64,000 nt of DNA from an uncultured virus (IMG/VR IMGVR_UViG_3300000478_000004) (lineage: Duplodnaviria; Heunggongvirae; Uroviricota; Caudoviricetes), in the IMG/VR virus record IMGVR_UViG_3300000478_000004. One strand, 5' to 3'. A program made the position numbers and the translations under genes. The notes beneath the pieces were generated by a model. That model ran no database searches. It saw only the letters and a list, made by a program, of their open reading frames with translations, and was not told the origin of the DNA. This document shows, one piece after another, positions 36,284 through 47,188 of this stretch. Numbering within the stretch: position 1 is the first letter of the stretch; every line of letters begins with the position of its first letter.

Positions 36284-39200
36284 ATGACTGAGGGAAGGTC
36301 TAGAGTAATAAGTGGGGCCATGGGGAGGCTTCTTCCAGAACCGGGAGAAGCCATTCTTCGAAGACCTGAAATTGTTGAGCAAGTTCCTGGTGAGACACAG
36401 GAGGGGGTTATCAGTCCTCCCCCTGCCTTGGACTCCACCCCTACAGCATCGGGCCAGACGCCAAGGCAGGAAAGGGAAAGAGCCGAACGAGAAGCCTCTA
36501 GCATTATTTCTAGGTCTTTGGAGGAAGATGCTGATGGCAGGTCTCCAGACCCACGTCGGTCCTCTTCTGAAGCTGGTACGGGAGGATCAGCTGTTCGTCC
36601 CCCCGAGCCCACAGACCCGCGAAGAACCAGGTCCACACCTACTGCTAGTCGAGAGGCGGCTCCTGTACAGCGTGGTGGCTCTGCTCCGCACTTTTTCAAA
36701 GAACAGACTCACCAAGTATTCTATCACGACGCAATAGTATACATAGAAGGGCAAGACGTTAGTCCTTTTCTTACTGGTACTATTTCTGTATCTTACGGAT
36801 CTGGTGCAGATTTCAATAAATGTGATTTCACTCTAGACAACGCAGGGCACAGGTTCACTATCACACCTGAAAACCTAAGGGGTGTGTTTCGCCGATCCTC
36901 ACCCCGTGGTCAGGGAAATTCTTTCGACTACGACGAATCAATAAAAGCAGACCTATTTGAATCAAAAAGAGACATAGGAAGAAACCCTGTAGATCCTCTT
37001 TCTGGCGGTAGACGACTACCCCTTCATTTGTGGGGATCTGTATTCCACAGAAATGACGCAGTTAGGGTGTGGATACACAATCCTGCTTCTGAGCTTGATG
37101 AGTGGATACCCGTATTTACTGGGTTTATCATATCCAAACCAAACACAGAAGATTACATCAACGGATTGAATACGGTTCAGGTTTCCTGCGCTGACATACG
37201 CCATCTGATGGCCCAGATGAGGATCAACACCAACACTATGTTGGCGGCCTTGCCCGGCAGTCAGACCTCAGGTTCTGCCGATCCAACTAACGATCTTACT
37301 CTTTCCGGCATAGAAGTATTCAGGTCTTTTGACGCAGAAGCCGTTAACAAGCAGTTTAGTGATGGGTTTTTCCAAGATTTAGTTCGTGGAAGCACGTTTA
37401 CCAACCCATGGGTTTCCTACAATCTTCCTGAGATGGTAGCTGCACTTACCTTCTTGCGTTCCACCTCCGGTGGGTTTCAGGCCGAAGCGGACGCAAGGGC
37501 AATCAGAGATCTGTCTTCTGCGCGATCTAACTCTGCCGAAGAGGCCAGGAGCATTGCAGCAGAACTTAGTCCCCTTCTTCTTCGTGTAAGAGAAGGCGGG
37601 GAGGGAGTACTATCTGCAGAAGAGCTTATTACGTATAGGAGGCTGCAATCCGACCTCTCTGCTTATGGTCTAAACCCATCATCCATTGACGAGTCTGGGA
37701 ACCTAGTTGTTGATACAACTCTACCTGAACTAGACGAAGCACAGACCCCTAGCGATCCCATACCGCCTCCAGGTGCGGAAGACGGGTCTACCTCCACGAC
37801 TACCCGAACTCAGAGAAGGGTTGGACTAAATAGGGGGTCTGGAAGAGTAGGACGTATGCGGCCAGGGGTATTTCCTTGGAGTGGGTCCCTTCCAGGAGAT
37901 CCTCCCAGAACCTACGTTGACGAATCCTATTTTCCTTCTGTCACTGGTAATAGAGCAGAAACCAATAGGTCTATTAGAAGACGCATGCAGGGGTGGCATA
38001 ACCTGTGTTTGTTCGGCACACCACGAAGGTTCAATTTTTCTCCGCGTACTAGTCTGCCAGTCACTGATGCTGCCCCTGATTATTCTCCTAGAAATAGAAG
38101 GTACTGGACGGAGAATGAGGTCAGACTAGCAGGCAGGTTTACCAGAAGAGAAGCAGCATGGCACCCCGAGGCACAGGGCGTTCACTTTTTGACCCCTGGG
38201 CCCTCCACGCCTAGCGACTCCCTGTGGGACCGAACGTTGATAGCGGACCAGCCTGTTTCTCAGAACCTAAACTGGACCAATAGATTGCAGATGTTGGTGG
38301 ACGCATGTGAGACCGCAGACTACAGATTCTGGGTTTCTGGAAGTGGCGATCTTATATTTGAGTTTGCTCAGTACGACTTCGACCCTTCTGATTACGGTAC
38401 ATGGTCTGAGATTTTTAATCTTGACCACCATCTCCTAAACTCTTCTTTTGATGAGGAAGGAGGTGAAGTAGTTACTGGAGTGCTAGCCAACGGATCTTAC
38501 GTAGGACTTACTAACATCAATGAGGGCAACATCATACCTCTTAATCCGGGCCGCTCTTTGGGAGTGTGGTCACCTGGATTGGCTTCTCGCCTGGGTCTTA
38601 GAATAAAAGTCCTAAACTACTCTCAGATTACAGACCTGGCTCGTTTAGAACAGTTGGCTACGCTCGAATTTCAAAAGCTTCTGTCCTCTGCGGACAAATA
38701 CCAGATTGGTCTTGTGTTTAGGCCCTGGTTGACCTTAAATCGACCTGTCTTTAACAGGTATAGAGAAAGAATTGCTCTTATAGACGGGTTATCGTGGACT
38801 CTTCCCGTAACAGCAGGAGCTGTAGCAGGACAACAGCCCCCATCTATGAATGTAACACTAAACTACAGTCGTAGTTATGACGAGCTTGGTATACCACGCT
38901 ACATTACGGGTGGCCCAGCCAACCCCATGTACTTTGCTAAGCCACAGGATGGAGTACTTTCTCTGGTTCAGTCCCTCCAGCGTAGGGTACAGGACTTTAG
39001 GGACGCCATTACTACGTTGTCTACCGACAATACCACTCTTACCGAAGAGCAGTTCTCCTCATTGCAGGAGAGGTATCGCGCCATCATTCCCAGTGGACAG
39101 TCCACATACAACGTAATAAACTCCGCTTTTCTAGGTGTCTCAGACAGGCCAAGTGGAGAGGAAGACCCACTTGTTAGTGAGTTTAGACAAATAGAAGCCG

Positions 39201-40675
39201 AGATTGACGAATTAGCCCGTACTGGAGGTGCGCTCACTCCAGAAGAGAGGCAGGCTAGGTTGTCAGAACTCGAAGCCCGGTCTCAATCTATTCTTGACGA
39301 ACTTCGTTCGAGAAATTCTAATTCCGGAGCGGAGTTCACCTCTGCTGGAGCCCGTCCTAGACTGGGTGTCACAGGTGTACGATCTACTTACTCTCCCAAT
39401 GAAGACTATGAGCCTCCCGATGCACCTGAAGCCTCTGAAGAGCCCTCGTGCTCTCCTGGTGACCCTCGTTTTTATAGTTCTCCGTGTGGTCCAGCTACGA
39501 GAACAGTGCCTCGGTGGGCAGCATGGAAGAAGTCACTTCGAAGCAGTGAGCGCAGGTCTGTTCTGGACGCTTATGCAAGAGGCTTAGTCCCAGATTCTGA
39601 TATAGACAGAGGAGTGGGAACCTGGCAGTTTGCTGGTGAATTTCCTCGTATAGTTACTTCTGGATTTGGACTAAGAAACGGTAGCTGGCACCCCGGTGTA
39701 GACCTTCCTATGGACTTGGACGAGCTTGTGTACGCCGTATCAGACGGTATAGTCTTCTACGTCAGGTCGTCTACTGGACAAGGAATGTCCCTAGGTCTAA
39801 TTCATGCCGATGGATTTGTCACATTTTACCGTCACCTTAACTCGATTGAATCTGGAGTTTCTGTAGGCGCTACGGTGAAAAGAAACCAGCCAGTAGCCAG
39901 AGTAGGATTTTCAGGAAATGAGGACAGGAGCACTCTTACCCACCTTCACTTTGAAACGGGTGCCATAAGTGGGTCCCCTGTATTTACTCAATATGTCGGG
40001 GAAGGAAAGCGTTTCACTGTAGTCAATAGAAGGACCAGCTTATCTGTACTGTCTCCGGTAGAGGCCCTAAGGATACAGGGAAGTATACGAGTTGTTTCTG
40101 GGGTAGGTGACTCCAACACAGAAATACTTCAGAGGTGGGACCCAGAGTTGGTAGAAAGATTTAGCTTGTCCTTTTTACGACGTAGAGATGGGTCTTTAGG
40201 TTTCGTGTCCAGGAACGTTCTTTTCTACAATCCAGTTCCTAACAGTTTTCCTTTTTCTCAGGCCGAAACCGTAGGCAGGCCAGGTCCAGACTATGACGTT
40301 ATATCCTTAGAGGACTACTACTCTGAATTTGGACTGAAAGGAATACCAGCATTACGACTAGCAGCGGAGCCCACTAGATTTGCGCCCAAGACAGTTCCAG
40401 ATATACCTCCCGATGTCACAGGTTCCCGTAGACGGCGTCTTGAGGCGCAGAGACAGGAAGCATTGGAGCACAACGCACAACTACTTCAGAGTTCAACAGC
40501 TTATGCGACTGCAAGAGACCAGCAGCTTGCTATTTTTGCTGACGCCGTGCCTCCAAACGAGTGTCCTCCTGAGAGATACGAGGGAGACATCGAGCGTCAA
40601 GCAGGCGAACCTCTTTTGAATAGACGGCGACTGACACAAGAAACAGCGGAAGACGCCAGGAGGAGGTCTTCATGA
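36284..40675 (+). CDS. Baseplate hub-like protein with M23 peptidase domain
   Basis: 1463 aa. Hub-like N-region (VYIEGQDVS, VFTGFI, YRFWVSGSGDLIF, RPWLTLNRP); M23 motifs TSGFGLR..HPGVD..YRHL..HLHFE at about 39640-39970. Confidence 0.75.
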   Translation: MTEGRSRVISGAMGRLLPEPGEAILRRPEIVEQVPGETQEGVISPPPALDSTPTASGQTPRQERERAEREASSIISRSLEEDADGRSPDPRRSSSEAGTGGSAVRPPEPTDPRRTRSTPTASREAAPVQRGGSAPHFFKEQTHQVFYHDAIVYIEGQDVSPFLTGTISVSYGSGADFNKCDFTLDNAGHRFTITPENLRGVFRRSSPRGQGNSFDYDESIKADLFESKRDIGRNPVDPLSGGRRLPLHLWGSVFHRNDAVRVWIHNPASELDEWIPVFTGFIISKPNTEDYINGLNTVQVSCADIRHLMAQMRINTNTMLAALPGSQTSGSADPTNDLTLSGIEVFRSFDAEAVNKQFSDGFFQDLVRGSTFTNPWVSYNLPEMVAALTFLRSTSGGFQAEADARAIRDLSSARSNSAEEARSIAAELSPLLLRVREGGEGVLSAEELITYRRLQSDLSAYGLNPSSIDESGNLVVDTTLPELDEAQTPSDPIPPPGAEDGSTSTTTRTQRRVGLNRGSGRVGRMRPGVFPWSGSLPGDPPRTYVDESYFPSVTGNRAETNRSIRRRMQGWHNLCLFGTPRRFNFSPRTSLPVTDAAPDYSPRNRRYWTENEVRLAGRFTRREAAWHPEAQGVHFLTPGPSTPSDSLWDRTLIADQPVSQNLNWTNRLQMLVDACETADYRFWVSGSGDLIFEFAQYDFDPSDYGTWSEIFNLDHHLLNSSFDEEGGEVVTGVLANGSYVGLTNINEGNIIPLNPGRSLGVWSPGLASRLGLRIKVLNYSQITDLARLEQLATLEFQKLLSSADKYQIGLVFRPWLTLNRPVFNRYRERIALIDGLSWTLPVTAGAVAGQQPPSMNVTLNYSRSYDELGIPRYITGGPANPMYFAKPQDGVLSLVQSLQRRVQDFRDAITTLSTDNTTLTEEQFSSLQERYRAIIPSGQSTYNVINSAFLGVSDRPSGEEDPLVSEFRQIEAEIDELARTGGALTPEERQARLSELEARSQSILDELRSRNSNSGAEFTSAGARPRLGVTGVRSTYSPNEDYEPPDAPEASEEPSCSPGDPRFYSSPCGPATRTVPRWAAWKKSLRSSERRSVLDAYARGLVPDSDIDRGVGTWQFAGEFPRIVTSGFGLRNGSWHPGVDLPMDLDELVYAVSDGIVFYVRSSTGQGMSLGLIHADGFVTFYRHLNSIESGVSVGATVKRNQPVARVGFSGNEDRSTLTHLHFETGAISGSPVFTQYVGEGKRFTVVNRRTSLSVLSPVEALRIQGSIRVVSGVGDSNTEILQRWDPELVERFSLSFLRRRDGSLGFVSRNVLFYNPVPNSFPFSQAETVGRPGPDYDVISLEDYYSEFGLKGIPALRLAAEPTRFAPKTVPDIPPDVTGSRRRRLEAQRQEALEHNAQLLQSSTAYATARDQQLAIFADAVPPNECPPERYEGDIERQAGEPLLNRRRLTQETAEDARRRSS

Positions 40676-41814
40676 GTGGCATAGGAAGAATACTTAGAGA
40701 CGCTAAGCGCCACTACGCTAGCGATGAGCAGTATTCTGTTAGGCCCTATGGGGCGGTGGTAACTTCCATAAATCCAGAGGAGGATACATTCATATACTCG
40801 GGTCCTCGTGCTGGCAGAAGTGCTCCTATCACGCATCCCTATATAGGTCCTTCATCCTGGATACGGGTGATGCCAGAAAAGTCTACCCAGATAATACTGG
40901 ATAGTAGAGTGGACTCCGGCGAAACGTTTGCCTCATCTTACCTATCAGAGTCCACCGCCGACGCACAGATAAAGGCAACCTATTCTGAGAACAGGTTCTA
41001 CTACAGAAGGCTTCTTGAGGGAGAAATAGACATAACATCTAGGGGCCTGGCCTCTGCACACTTCAGCCAGGATGGTACTTTGTCTATGCGGGGTGGGCCT
41101 ATGCAATCCGTTTTGGACGTACCAAGGCTAGAGGCAAACACGAAAGCTCCTACCATTATTCATAGAACCCTGGACAACAACATATCCACTATATCCAGCG
41201 AAATTAGATTTGGTGTAGTCAAAAGAAAGACTCAGACAGACCAGACGCAGGACCAGTGGATAAAGGTAACTCCAGAAGGCGGCGATGAAGTTTTTGCCAA
41301 GGAATACCTAAGGACTCTGGAAAGCAAGGCCCCTCCTTATACCTTGGTGGACCACAGGGAAGGTCATGTAGTGGATGACGACGGTGAGGAACTTACCTCT
41401 TCTGTCACAGGTAAGAAACTACGAAGTATCTCCAAGTATGGGACCGTTCGCCTAGAAGAGTCCGTGGTAGAGGTGGACGTGGAAGGTAACATAGGAGTCT
41501 CCCTTCCTGACAATGCCTCTTATGGATTTAGCCTAGACGTGAAGAAGACTGACGTAAAAATCTCTGTAGGAAGAGACGAGATACACAGTATTAGCAGAAA
41601 CTTCTTGTTAGATGCCGAGCAGACAGCAGAAGTTGAGGCCACCAAGATAAAACTAGGTGCAGATGCACAGGAGCCAATTATGAGGGGAGAAGAAATGCGT
41701 CAATGGTTGAGAGACGCCCGCGTTCTCACTTCCACTGGCCCTGCTGCCTTCCTTACTTCGGACGTAGAAGTAAGGTTTACCAACGTACTTAGCACCAAAT
41801 CTTTCGTAGAATAA
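40672..41814 (+). CDS. Baseplate spike/GpV-like protein (putative)
   Basis: Directly follows the hub; N-terminal OB-like IRVMPE; C-terminal IKLGADAQEPIMRGE..TSTGP typical of spikes. Confidence 0.55.
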   Translation: MSGIGRILRDAKRHYASDEQYSVRPYGAVVTSINPEEDTFIYSGPRAGRSAPITHPYIGPSSWIRVMPEKSTQIILDSRVDSGETFASSYLSESTADAQIKATYSENRFYYRRLLEGEIDITSRGLASAHFSQDGTLSMRGGPMQSVLDVPRLEANTKAPTIIHRTLDNNISTISSEIRFGVVKRKTQTDQTQDQWIKVTPEGGDEVFAKEYLRTLESKAPPYTLVDHREGHVVDDDGEELTSSVTGKKLRSISKYGTVRLEESVVEVDVEGNIGVSLPDNASYGFSLDVKKTDVKISVGRDEIHSISRNFLLDAEQTAEVEATKIKLGADAQEPIMRGEEMRQWLRDARVLTSTGPAAFLTSDVEVRFTNVLSTKSFVE

Positions 41815-42266
41815 TGCCTCTTATACGAAACAACTTATCCTCTTCTTTCGAGTCCTTTTTTGCGTCGCCTCCAGACACGGCAGCCCAGTGTGCCCAGGAA
41901 TGGGCTTCGGCTATGAGGGACTACACTCTATCTATATCACCTCCGTCTACTACTGTAGCGGCGGCCTCTTTGGTTTTGGCGTCCACCTTGGCGTCTATAT
42001 TTCAGACTTCTGTAAACGCCTCCGCTACCGCATCTGCTATGGAGGGTGCTTGGGCTATTTTCGCTGCTTCTGTGGGTGCTGGTATGTCACCCTCGTTTGT
42101 TGCCACCCCTCCTCCTGGTCTAGTTGGGTTCTTAGTCCTGTTCAACGCCACCCCACCTTCTACTCACGCTGAGGCAGCCGAAAGGTTTTCTTCTCGTATA
42201 GATACGTGGATTCGAACCGGAACCGCTGTGGCCTCGGGTGGTGGGGGAGTAATTAACTGGAGCTGA
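41814..42266 (+). CDS. Hypothetical Ala-rich baseplate-region protein
   Basis: 150 aa, TAATG-coupled. Confidence 0.55.
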   Translation: MPLIRNNLSSSFESFFASPPDTAAQCAQEWASAMRDYTLSISPPSTTVAAASLVLASTLASIFQTSVNASATASAMEGAWAIFAASVGAGMSPSFVATPPPGLVGFLVLFNATPPSTHAEAAERFSSRIDTWIRTGTAVASGGGGVINWS

Positions 42267-42296
42267 GTTATATTTACTACGTAAGGAAGGTCCACG

Positions 42297-42899
42297 ATGC
42301 CACCCCCTCAGTTCCCTCAAATAGACCCTGCTACCCTGGCTCAGGCTATAAAAACGTTTGTGACTCAGCGTCAAAACGTTCCCGCCTTATCAAGTGGAGG
42401 GTCTGTCGATTACAACGCTGTGGTGGACGGATGGGCAGAAGCCCTGACTACAGTTTCAAACCCTACTGTAGAATATTTTGACAATAACCAGGAATCTCTC
42501 TACGCCTTGGTGGGTCAGCAACAGCAATCCTCTGTTCCTACGCTCCTTTTCAACACCGTCTCTCCTCTTTCTATAGGACAGTGGGTATATCAGGTTAGCT
42601 CTGATACCGTTGACGCAGCAAACTTCAACAACATAGCCAACGGTCCTTCCATAGGTATAGTAGTAGCTACACCTACTGCCTCCACCGTAAGTGTACAGAA
42701 TGTTGGTAGCTTTCTGTACAATGCTAATATGGGATTCCCGTATCTTCCTTTGACTCCAGACACCACATACTACATATCATCTGGTGGTGAAATCACCGCA
42801 TCACCCAATCCTGGTGCAGGTGGGTTTGTTCAGGAGATAGGGTACGCAAAAACCACATTCGAATTTGTCCTAAACATACAAGAACCAATATTGGTTTAA
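42297..42899 (+). CDS. Putative virion protein
   Basis: RBS aaggaagg. C-domain (IGIVV..LTPDTTYYIS..G.IT..P..QEIGYA) resembles a domain in 3464-6643. Confidence 0.55.
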   Translation: MPPPQFPQIDPATLAQAIKTFVTQRQNVPALSSGGSVDYNAVVDGWAEALTTVSNPTVEYFDNNQESLYALVGQQQQSSVPTLLFNTVSPLSIGQWVYQVSSDTVDAANFNNIANGPSIGIVVATPTASTVSVQNVGSFLYNANMGFPYLPLTPDTTYYISSGGEITASPNPGAGGFVQEIGYAKTTFEFVLNIQEPILV

Positions 42900-42909
42900 T
42901 ACCTAATTT

Positions 42910-44742
42910 ATGCCTATTTCCCTGTCTACCATAAGATGCCGAATAGATGCTGAGCTAGATGCTGCGCTATTTGCCTACCAGGAGAGACTTGGCGATCAGC
43001 TTATCGCCATAAGGTCTAGGTTGTCTGCATTGAAGGCAGAGGGTGAGGCGCTATCTTCCTCTGTCATAGACCCGCTTAGGTCCAATCTGGACTATGTGTT
43101 GGCATCTGCCGATACGAGTACCACAGAACTTATGGACAGTCTTTTGATGGTAGATCCCTCCTCTCCGTCTGACTTGGAGTCTACATTAGGAGACAGGTTT
43201 GACCTAACCATCGTAAACGGAAGGTACATACTTCCTGGAACAAAAGATGTTTCCTCAATACAGCTTTTTGCACGAGTTCTTGGCGGGTTCGAAGAGTTGT
43301 ACTCCGTACTGCCCGACCTGGCTGACATACCTATAAACGACGACTCTGACTCTAGGACTTATTCAACTGTTTTAGGTATAGGCACAAGAATGATCATGGT
43401 AGTAACCTACCTTAAGGTCACTACCACACCAGCCACCTCCTGTACGCCAGAAGTGGTAGTAACGGAGGAAGTTACTGTTGGGGTAGACATATCTCTGTCA
43501 CAGGCATCGTCTATATCCGGAATTCCAGTAGAAAACCTTCGTATTTATATCTTTTGGCTTGGAAATCCTGAGGCTACGGAGAGAAATAGGTCCAAGGCCA
43601 GGGTACTTGGATTGACTAATGCACAGTTTGTGGATGCAGTGTCCCTTACCAGCAGGGAGGACTTCATCGTTTCTGTCATACGAGACCCTGCTGATATCCC
43701 TCGTCTATCTGGGGCCTTTGGTGATGACGCAGGAGACGTAGTTTCACGAGTTACGGGGCCTATAGAATTCTTTCCATCGTCAGAGGATATAGCCTCCAGC
43801 ATAAGGGATTCCCTACGTAAATCACCAGGCAGTGTGGGCCCTTCTGGTTTTTCTGACCTGTCTTCTCCTGGCGTATCTGTCCTGTCTGTTATAGATGTGG
43901 ACTCCACCTTTGGTTTGTCTAGACTCGCTGCCTCTTTAACTTACTCCCTGTCCTCCTTAGCAGGTGATGCGGCAGCATTTGCAGAAGCCTTGTCTAATTC
44001 AATTCAGTCACAAATACAGGTTCTTACGTCTGCTATTGAGGAGGCACAGCAGGTAATAGCAGAAGTTCTGGGGAACATCACCAATCTCATGAGTTTGGTA
44101 CGATCTCTCTTCAACGACATATCCAACGGTTTGCTAGATTGTGTTTTTGGTTCTTCCTTCTCTCTCGACAGCTTTTCTTCCGTTGGCATACCTTCCTCCC
44201 CAGGAGGTATAGGAGGTGTGGGTGGTCTTGGTTCTCCTGGGGTACCTGGTGCTTCTACGTCTAATCCTCTAGACTCTGTACTATCTTTAGTGGAGAGTCA
44301 GTCTTCCGTCATAAACTCTTATATTTCTTCTGTTTCAGGCCTTGTTGGGTCCCTCTCCGACCTGTCTTGCGGTTCCAGTTTCGTTGATTCTTCCGCTCTT
44401 CTACAGCCCTCTGGTCCTATAAGCTGTCAGATAGACCAAAGTATAAACGAAGGTTTTGAACTTCCTCCCTTGTTTGAAGAGGTTATGGGAACCACAAAGG
44501 TGGTTATGGACCTTTTAACCTCTTTGTTTGACGGGGTTCGTGCGGACCTTCGTGGCCTGAAGGTATCCATTAGGTCCATGAGCTTGTCCCTTCGTCAGTC
44601 ATTAGACCGCAGAAACTCCTCTTTTTCTGCTGGCTCTCTGCCTTCTCCTCCTGGAAGTCCTGGTTGCGCTCCTCCTGAGGCTTCCCGTCTTGCCTCCCTC
44701 CTTGCTCAGCGTGCTATAGCCGGATTTACCGAGGGAATTTGA
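42910..44742 (+). CDS. Hypothetical protein, baseplate region
   Basis: 610 aa, Ser-rich with helical segments. Confidence 0.6.
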   Translation: MPISLSTIRCRIDAELDAALFAYQERLGDQLIAIRSRLSALKAEGEALSSSVIDPLRSNLDYVLASADTSTTELMDSLLMVDPSSPSDLESTLGDRFDLTIVNGRYILPGTKDVSSIQLFARVLGGFEELYSVLPDLADIPINDDSDSRTYSTVLGIGTRMIMVVTYLKVTTTPATSCTPEVVVTEEVTVGVDISLSQASSISGIPVENLRIYIFWLGNPEATERNRSKARVLGLTNAQFVDAVSLTSREDFIVSVIRDPADIPRLSGAFGDDAGDVVSRVTGPIEFFPSSEDIASSIRDSLRKSPGSVGPSGFSDLSSPGVSVLSVIDVDSTFGLSRLAASLTYSLSSLAGDAAAFAEALSNSIQSQIQVLTSAIEEAQQVIAEVLGNITNLMSLVRSLFNDISNGLLDCVFGSSFSLDSFSSVGIPSSPGGIGGVGGLGSPGVPGASTSNPLDSVLSLVESQSSVINSYISSVSGLVGSLSDLSCGSSFVDSSALLQPSGPISCQIDQSINEGFELPPLFEEVMGTTKVVMDLLTSLFDGVRADLRGLKVSIRSMSLSLRQSLDRRNSSFSAGSLPSPPGSPGCAPPEASRLASLLAQRAIAGFTEGI

Positions 44743-44745
44743 TTT

Positions 44746-45291
44746 ATGCCTAGACGTCTTACTCTAGAAGAGGCCGCCTCCGTCACACAGCTTGCGCGTG
44801 AGGATGGAAGCAGACCCGAGCTTTATCGATCAACAGAAGGAACAGAAACCGAGATAGGAAGAGATTTTGAGGCGTACCTCATACTTACGCCCACCTCTAC
44901 CCTAAACTCTATGTCATCCTTCTTCCAGGTTGTTCTGGATAACGACCCAAACCAGGTAGAGCTTAGGGATCAGCTTCTTTCCGAATTTCTTGAAGAGGAA
45001 GGAAGAAACGAATCCGAAAATCAACGGATGTTTCAGGAAATAACCGAGCTGTATGATCAGACGAGAGAGAATCTAGCTTCTTCTCTTGAGGGATTTGACG
45101 ATGTTGAGGAAGCCGCCCTTCTACAAGAAGCCTTCACTCGCTCTATGGGGGACATTGTTTCTGCCAGAGATCGTCATATATTCAACAGCTCCGCTATCTC
45201 TGTTTTGCAAGCCAGAAAAGACGCAGGAGGGAGTGCTGATTTACGTCAAGAGTTACAATCATGGGTAAGAGTTCTTTTGGAGTATGAATAA
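44746..45291 (+). CDS. Hypothetical acidic helical protein
   Basis: 181 aa ORF in operon context. Confidence 0.55.
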   Translation: MPRRLTLEEAASVTQLAREDGSRPELYRSTEGTETEIGRDFEAYLILTPTSTLNSMSSFFQVVLDNDPNQVELRDQLLSEFLEEEGRNESENQRMFQEITELYDQTRENLASSLEGFDDVEEAALLQEAFTRSMGDIVSARDRHIFNSSAISVLQARKDAGGSADLRQELQSWVRVLLEYE

Positions 45292-45788
45292 TGTCTAGCA
45301 CACTAAAGAAAAGAGACGGAGATATCGTTTTTGACGATAGTAGCGGTCGCCCTATCCTAATAGAGGGCATACACAAGCTTAGCCAGGATGTTGCTGACGC
45401 CCTTATGACTGAATACGACCCAGAGAGGGCCTACGGATCTCAGCTGGCTAACATAGAAAACATAAATGCTCAGTCCAGGTCAGGTCCCATCGGACTCGTA
45501 GGTAGGGGTTACATAAAGACTCTAGTCAGAGAAGCCATAGAGAGACTTCAAGAGTTACAGAATACTCGACTCGACCAGCTTACTTCTTTTGAGGCTATAG
45601 AGACCATAGGAACGATACGAGTAGTACAGTTTTCTAGGACTGGTTACATATTCTACGTAGACGTGACTCCTTTTGATGGACCTGACGTGGTCCCCACAAG
45701 CTTTTTGGTGCAATTGAGGCACCAATTTCTTCCTAATTCTAAGCCCAACCTTCCTGGGTCTGTTATTACTGATGACGTTGGTATTTGA
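45291..45788 (+). CDS. gp25/GpW-like baseplate wedge protein
   Basis: DGDIVFD..IEGIHKLSQDVADALMT..YGSQL; immediately upstream of baseplate J. Confidence 0.7.
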   Translation: MSSTLKKRDGDIVFDDSSGRPILIEGIHKLSQDVADALMTEYDPERAYGSQLANIENINAQSRSGPIGLVGRGYIKTLVREAIERLQELQNTRLDQLTSFEAIETIGTIRVVQFSRTGYIFYVDVTPFDGPDVVPTSFLVQLRHQFLPNSKPNLPGSVITDDVGI

Positions 45789-47188
45789 TGGCTCGTACCC
45801 TACGACAAATAGAGCAGGCATTAGCCGACTCCATAGAGAATCAGGATTCGTCAGTTGACACACTGAAGGGTCCTGTTTTCGACTTGTTCATACGGCCCCA
45901 AGCCGCTCAGCTTCGTGCTGTAGAGCTTCTCTACGATGACCTCTCTAGGAGGTTTAGCTTAGACTACGTTTTGTCTCAGAACGTAGAAGTACTTCAATTG
46001 TATGGTGCAAATCACGGCCTTCGTCGTTCGTCTGGTAGGGCGGCTCGCGGAAACGTTACATTTTTTACCTTTTCTGCTCCATCGTCCGATGAAGTCATTG
46101 TCATACCCGCTGGAACAGTAGTCACTACGTCAAATCCTAGCGTTTCTTTTCGTACACTTAGGGACGCCTTCATCATAGGATCTAGTTTAGGCGCTTTCTA
46201 CAATGCTTCCACGCGGAGATATGAAGTTCGTGCTCCTGTAGAGGCACTTGGTGCAGGAAGTCTTTTTGAGGTACCACCCAACAGGATAGCTCGTATACAG
46301 ACGGCCGTAGAGGGAATTGACGGTGTAGTAAATAGGGAGAGGATATCCGGAAGCACAGAGGTAGAAAGCACTTCTCGCTTTGGCGCTCGGATAAGGTCCA
46401 AGTTTAATGGACTTGCACTGGGGTCGGGAGATGGTCTCGCTCAACTTATTAGTCAGTTTGATACGTCTTCCATAAATGACGTACAAATGATATTCAGTTC
46501 CGACTACCAGAATTTTCGTAGAAGAACGAGAAGGTCTTCTTGGGACATATACATCGTGGGTTCCTCCACCGAGACAGCCGAGGTCACTTACGTAGGCAAT
46601 GCTTCTCAGCGTACCTTTTCTCTTCCGCTGACTCCTGTAATAGAGGTCACTTCTGTTCGGGTAGGAAACATATCCACAGGGTTTACATTCCTTCCCGATA
46701 CGACTCCTCAGTTTAGGTCTTCTACTCAGGCAAACGACAGGGTAGAGTTGTCAAGTGTTCCAGGTCTAAATGAAAGCGTAACTATTTCTTACGTTTATGA
46801 CAAGCTAATACGTGACACACAAGATTACGTAAATAGGGTCGGAATAGAGTTATACAGGTCTGACATTCTTGTACGAAAGGCTATACCTGTACCCATTCGC
46901 GTTAGGGTTCTGGTACAGGTTTTGTCCTCTTTCGACGAGACTGACGCAGCTTCTGCCGCCTTTGCGAGCGTAAGTTCTTTCGTTAATAGAGAAGAATTCG
47001 TCAGCATTCTATTTGCCAACGACCTTAGATCTAGACTATCTGCTGATGTTGCGGGTGTATCCAACATAACTGTGGTCGAATTTACCAGGGATCTCACAGG
47101 GACCATACCCGTTGAGACGATAGAGTTTAGGCCTTTTGAGTACCCCCAAACTTCTGACTCGCTAATCACAATAGAGGTGCGCAGATGA
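45788..47188 (+). CDS. Baseplate J-like protein
   Basis: Start at ATG 45788. GLRR..AARGNVTF..IPAGTVVTT..VEALGAGS..GIDGVVN..GSTEVES..RIR. Confidence 0.85.
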   Translation: MARTLRQIEQALADSIENQDSSVDTLKGPVFDLFIRPQAAQLRAVELLYDDLSRRFSLDYVLSQNVEVLQLYGANHGLRRSSGRAARGNVTFFTFSAPSSDEVIVIPAGTVVTTSNPSVSFRTLRDAFIIGSSLGAFYNASTRRYEVRAPVEALGAGSLFEVPPNRIARIQTAVEGIDGVVNRERISGSTEVESTSRFGARIRSKFNGLALGSGDGLAQLISQFDTSSINDVQMIFSSDYQNFRRRTRRSSWDIYIVGSSTETAEVTYVGNASQRTFSLPLTPVIEVTSVRVGNISTGFTFLPDTTPQFRSSTQANDRVELSSVPGLNESVTISYVYDKLIRDTQDYVNRVGIELYRSDILVRKAIPVPIRVRVLVQVLSSFDETDAASAAFASVSSFVNREEFVSILFANDLRSRLSADVAGVSNITVVEFTRDLTGTIPVETIEFRPFEYPQTSDSLITIEVRR

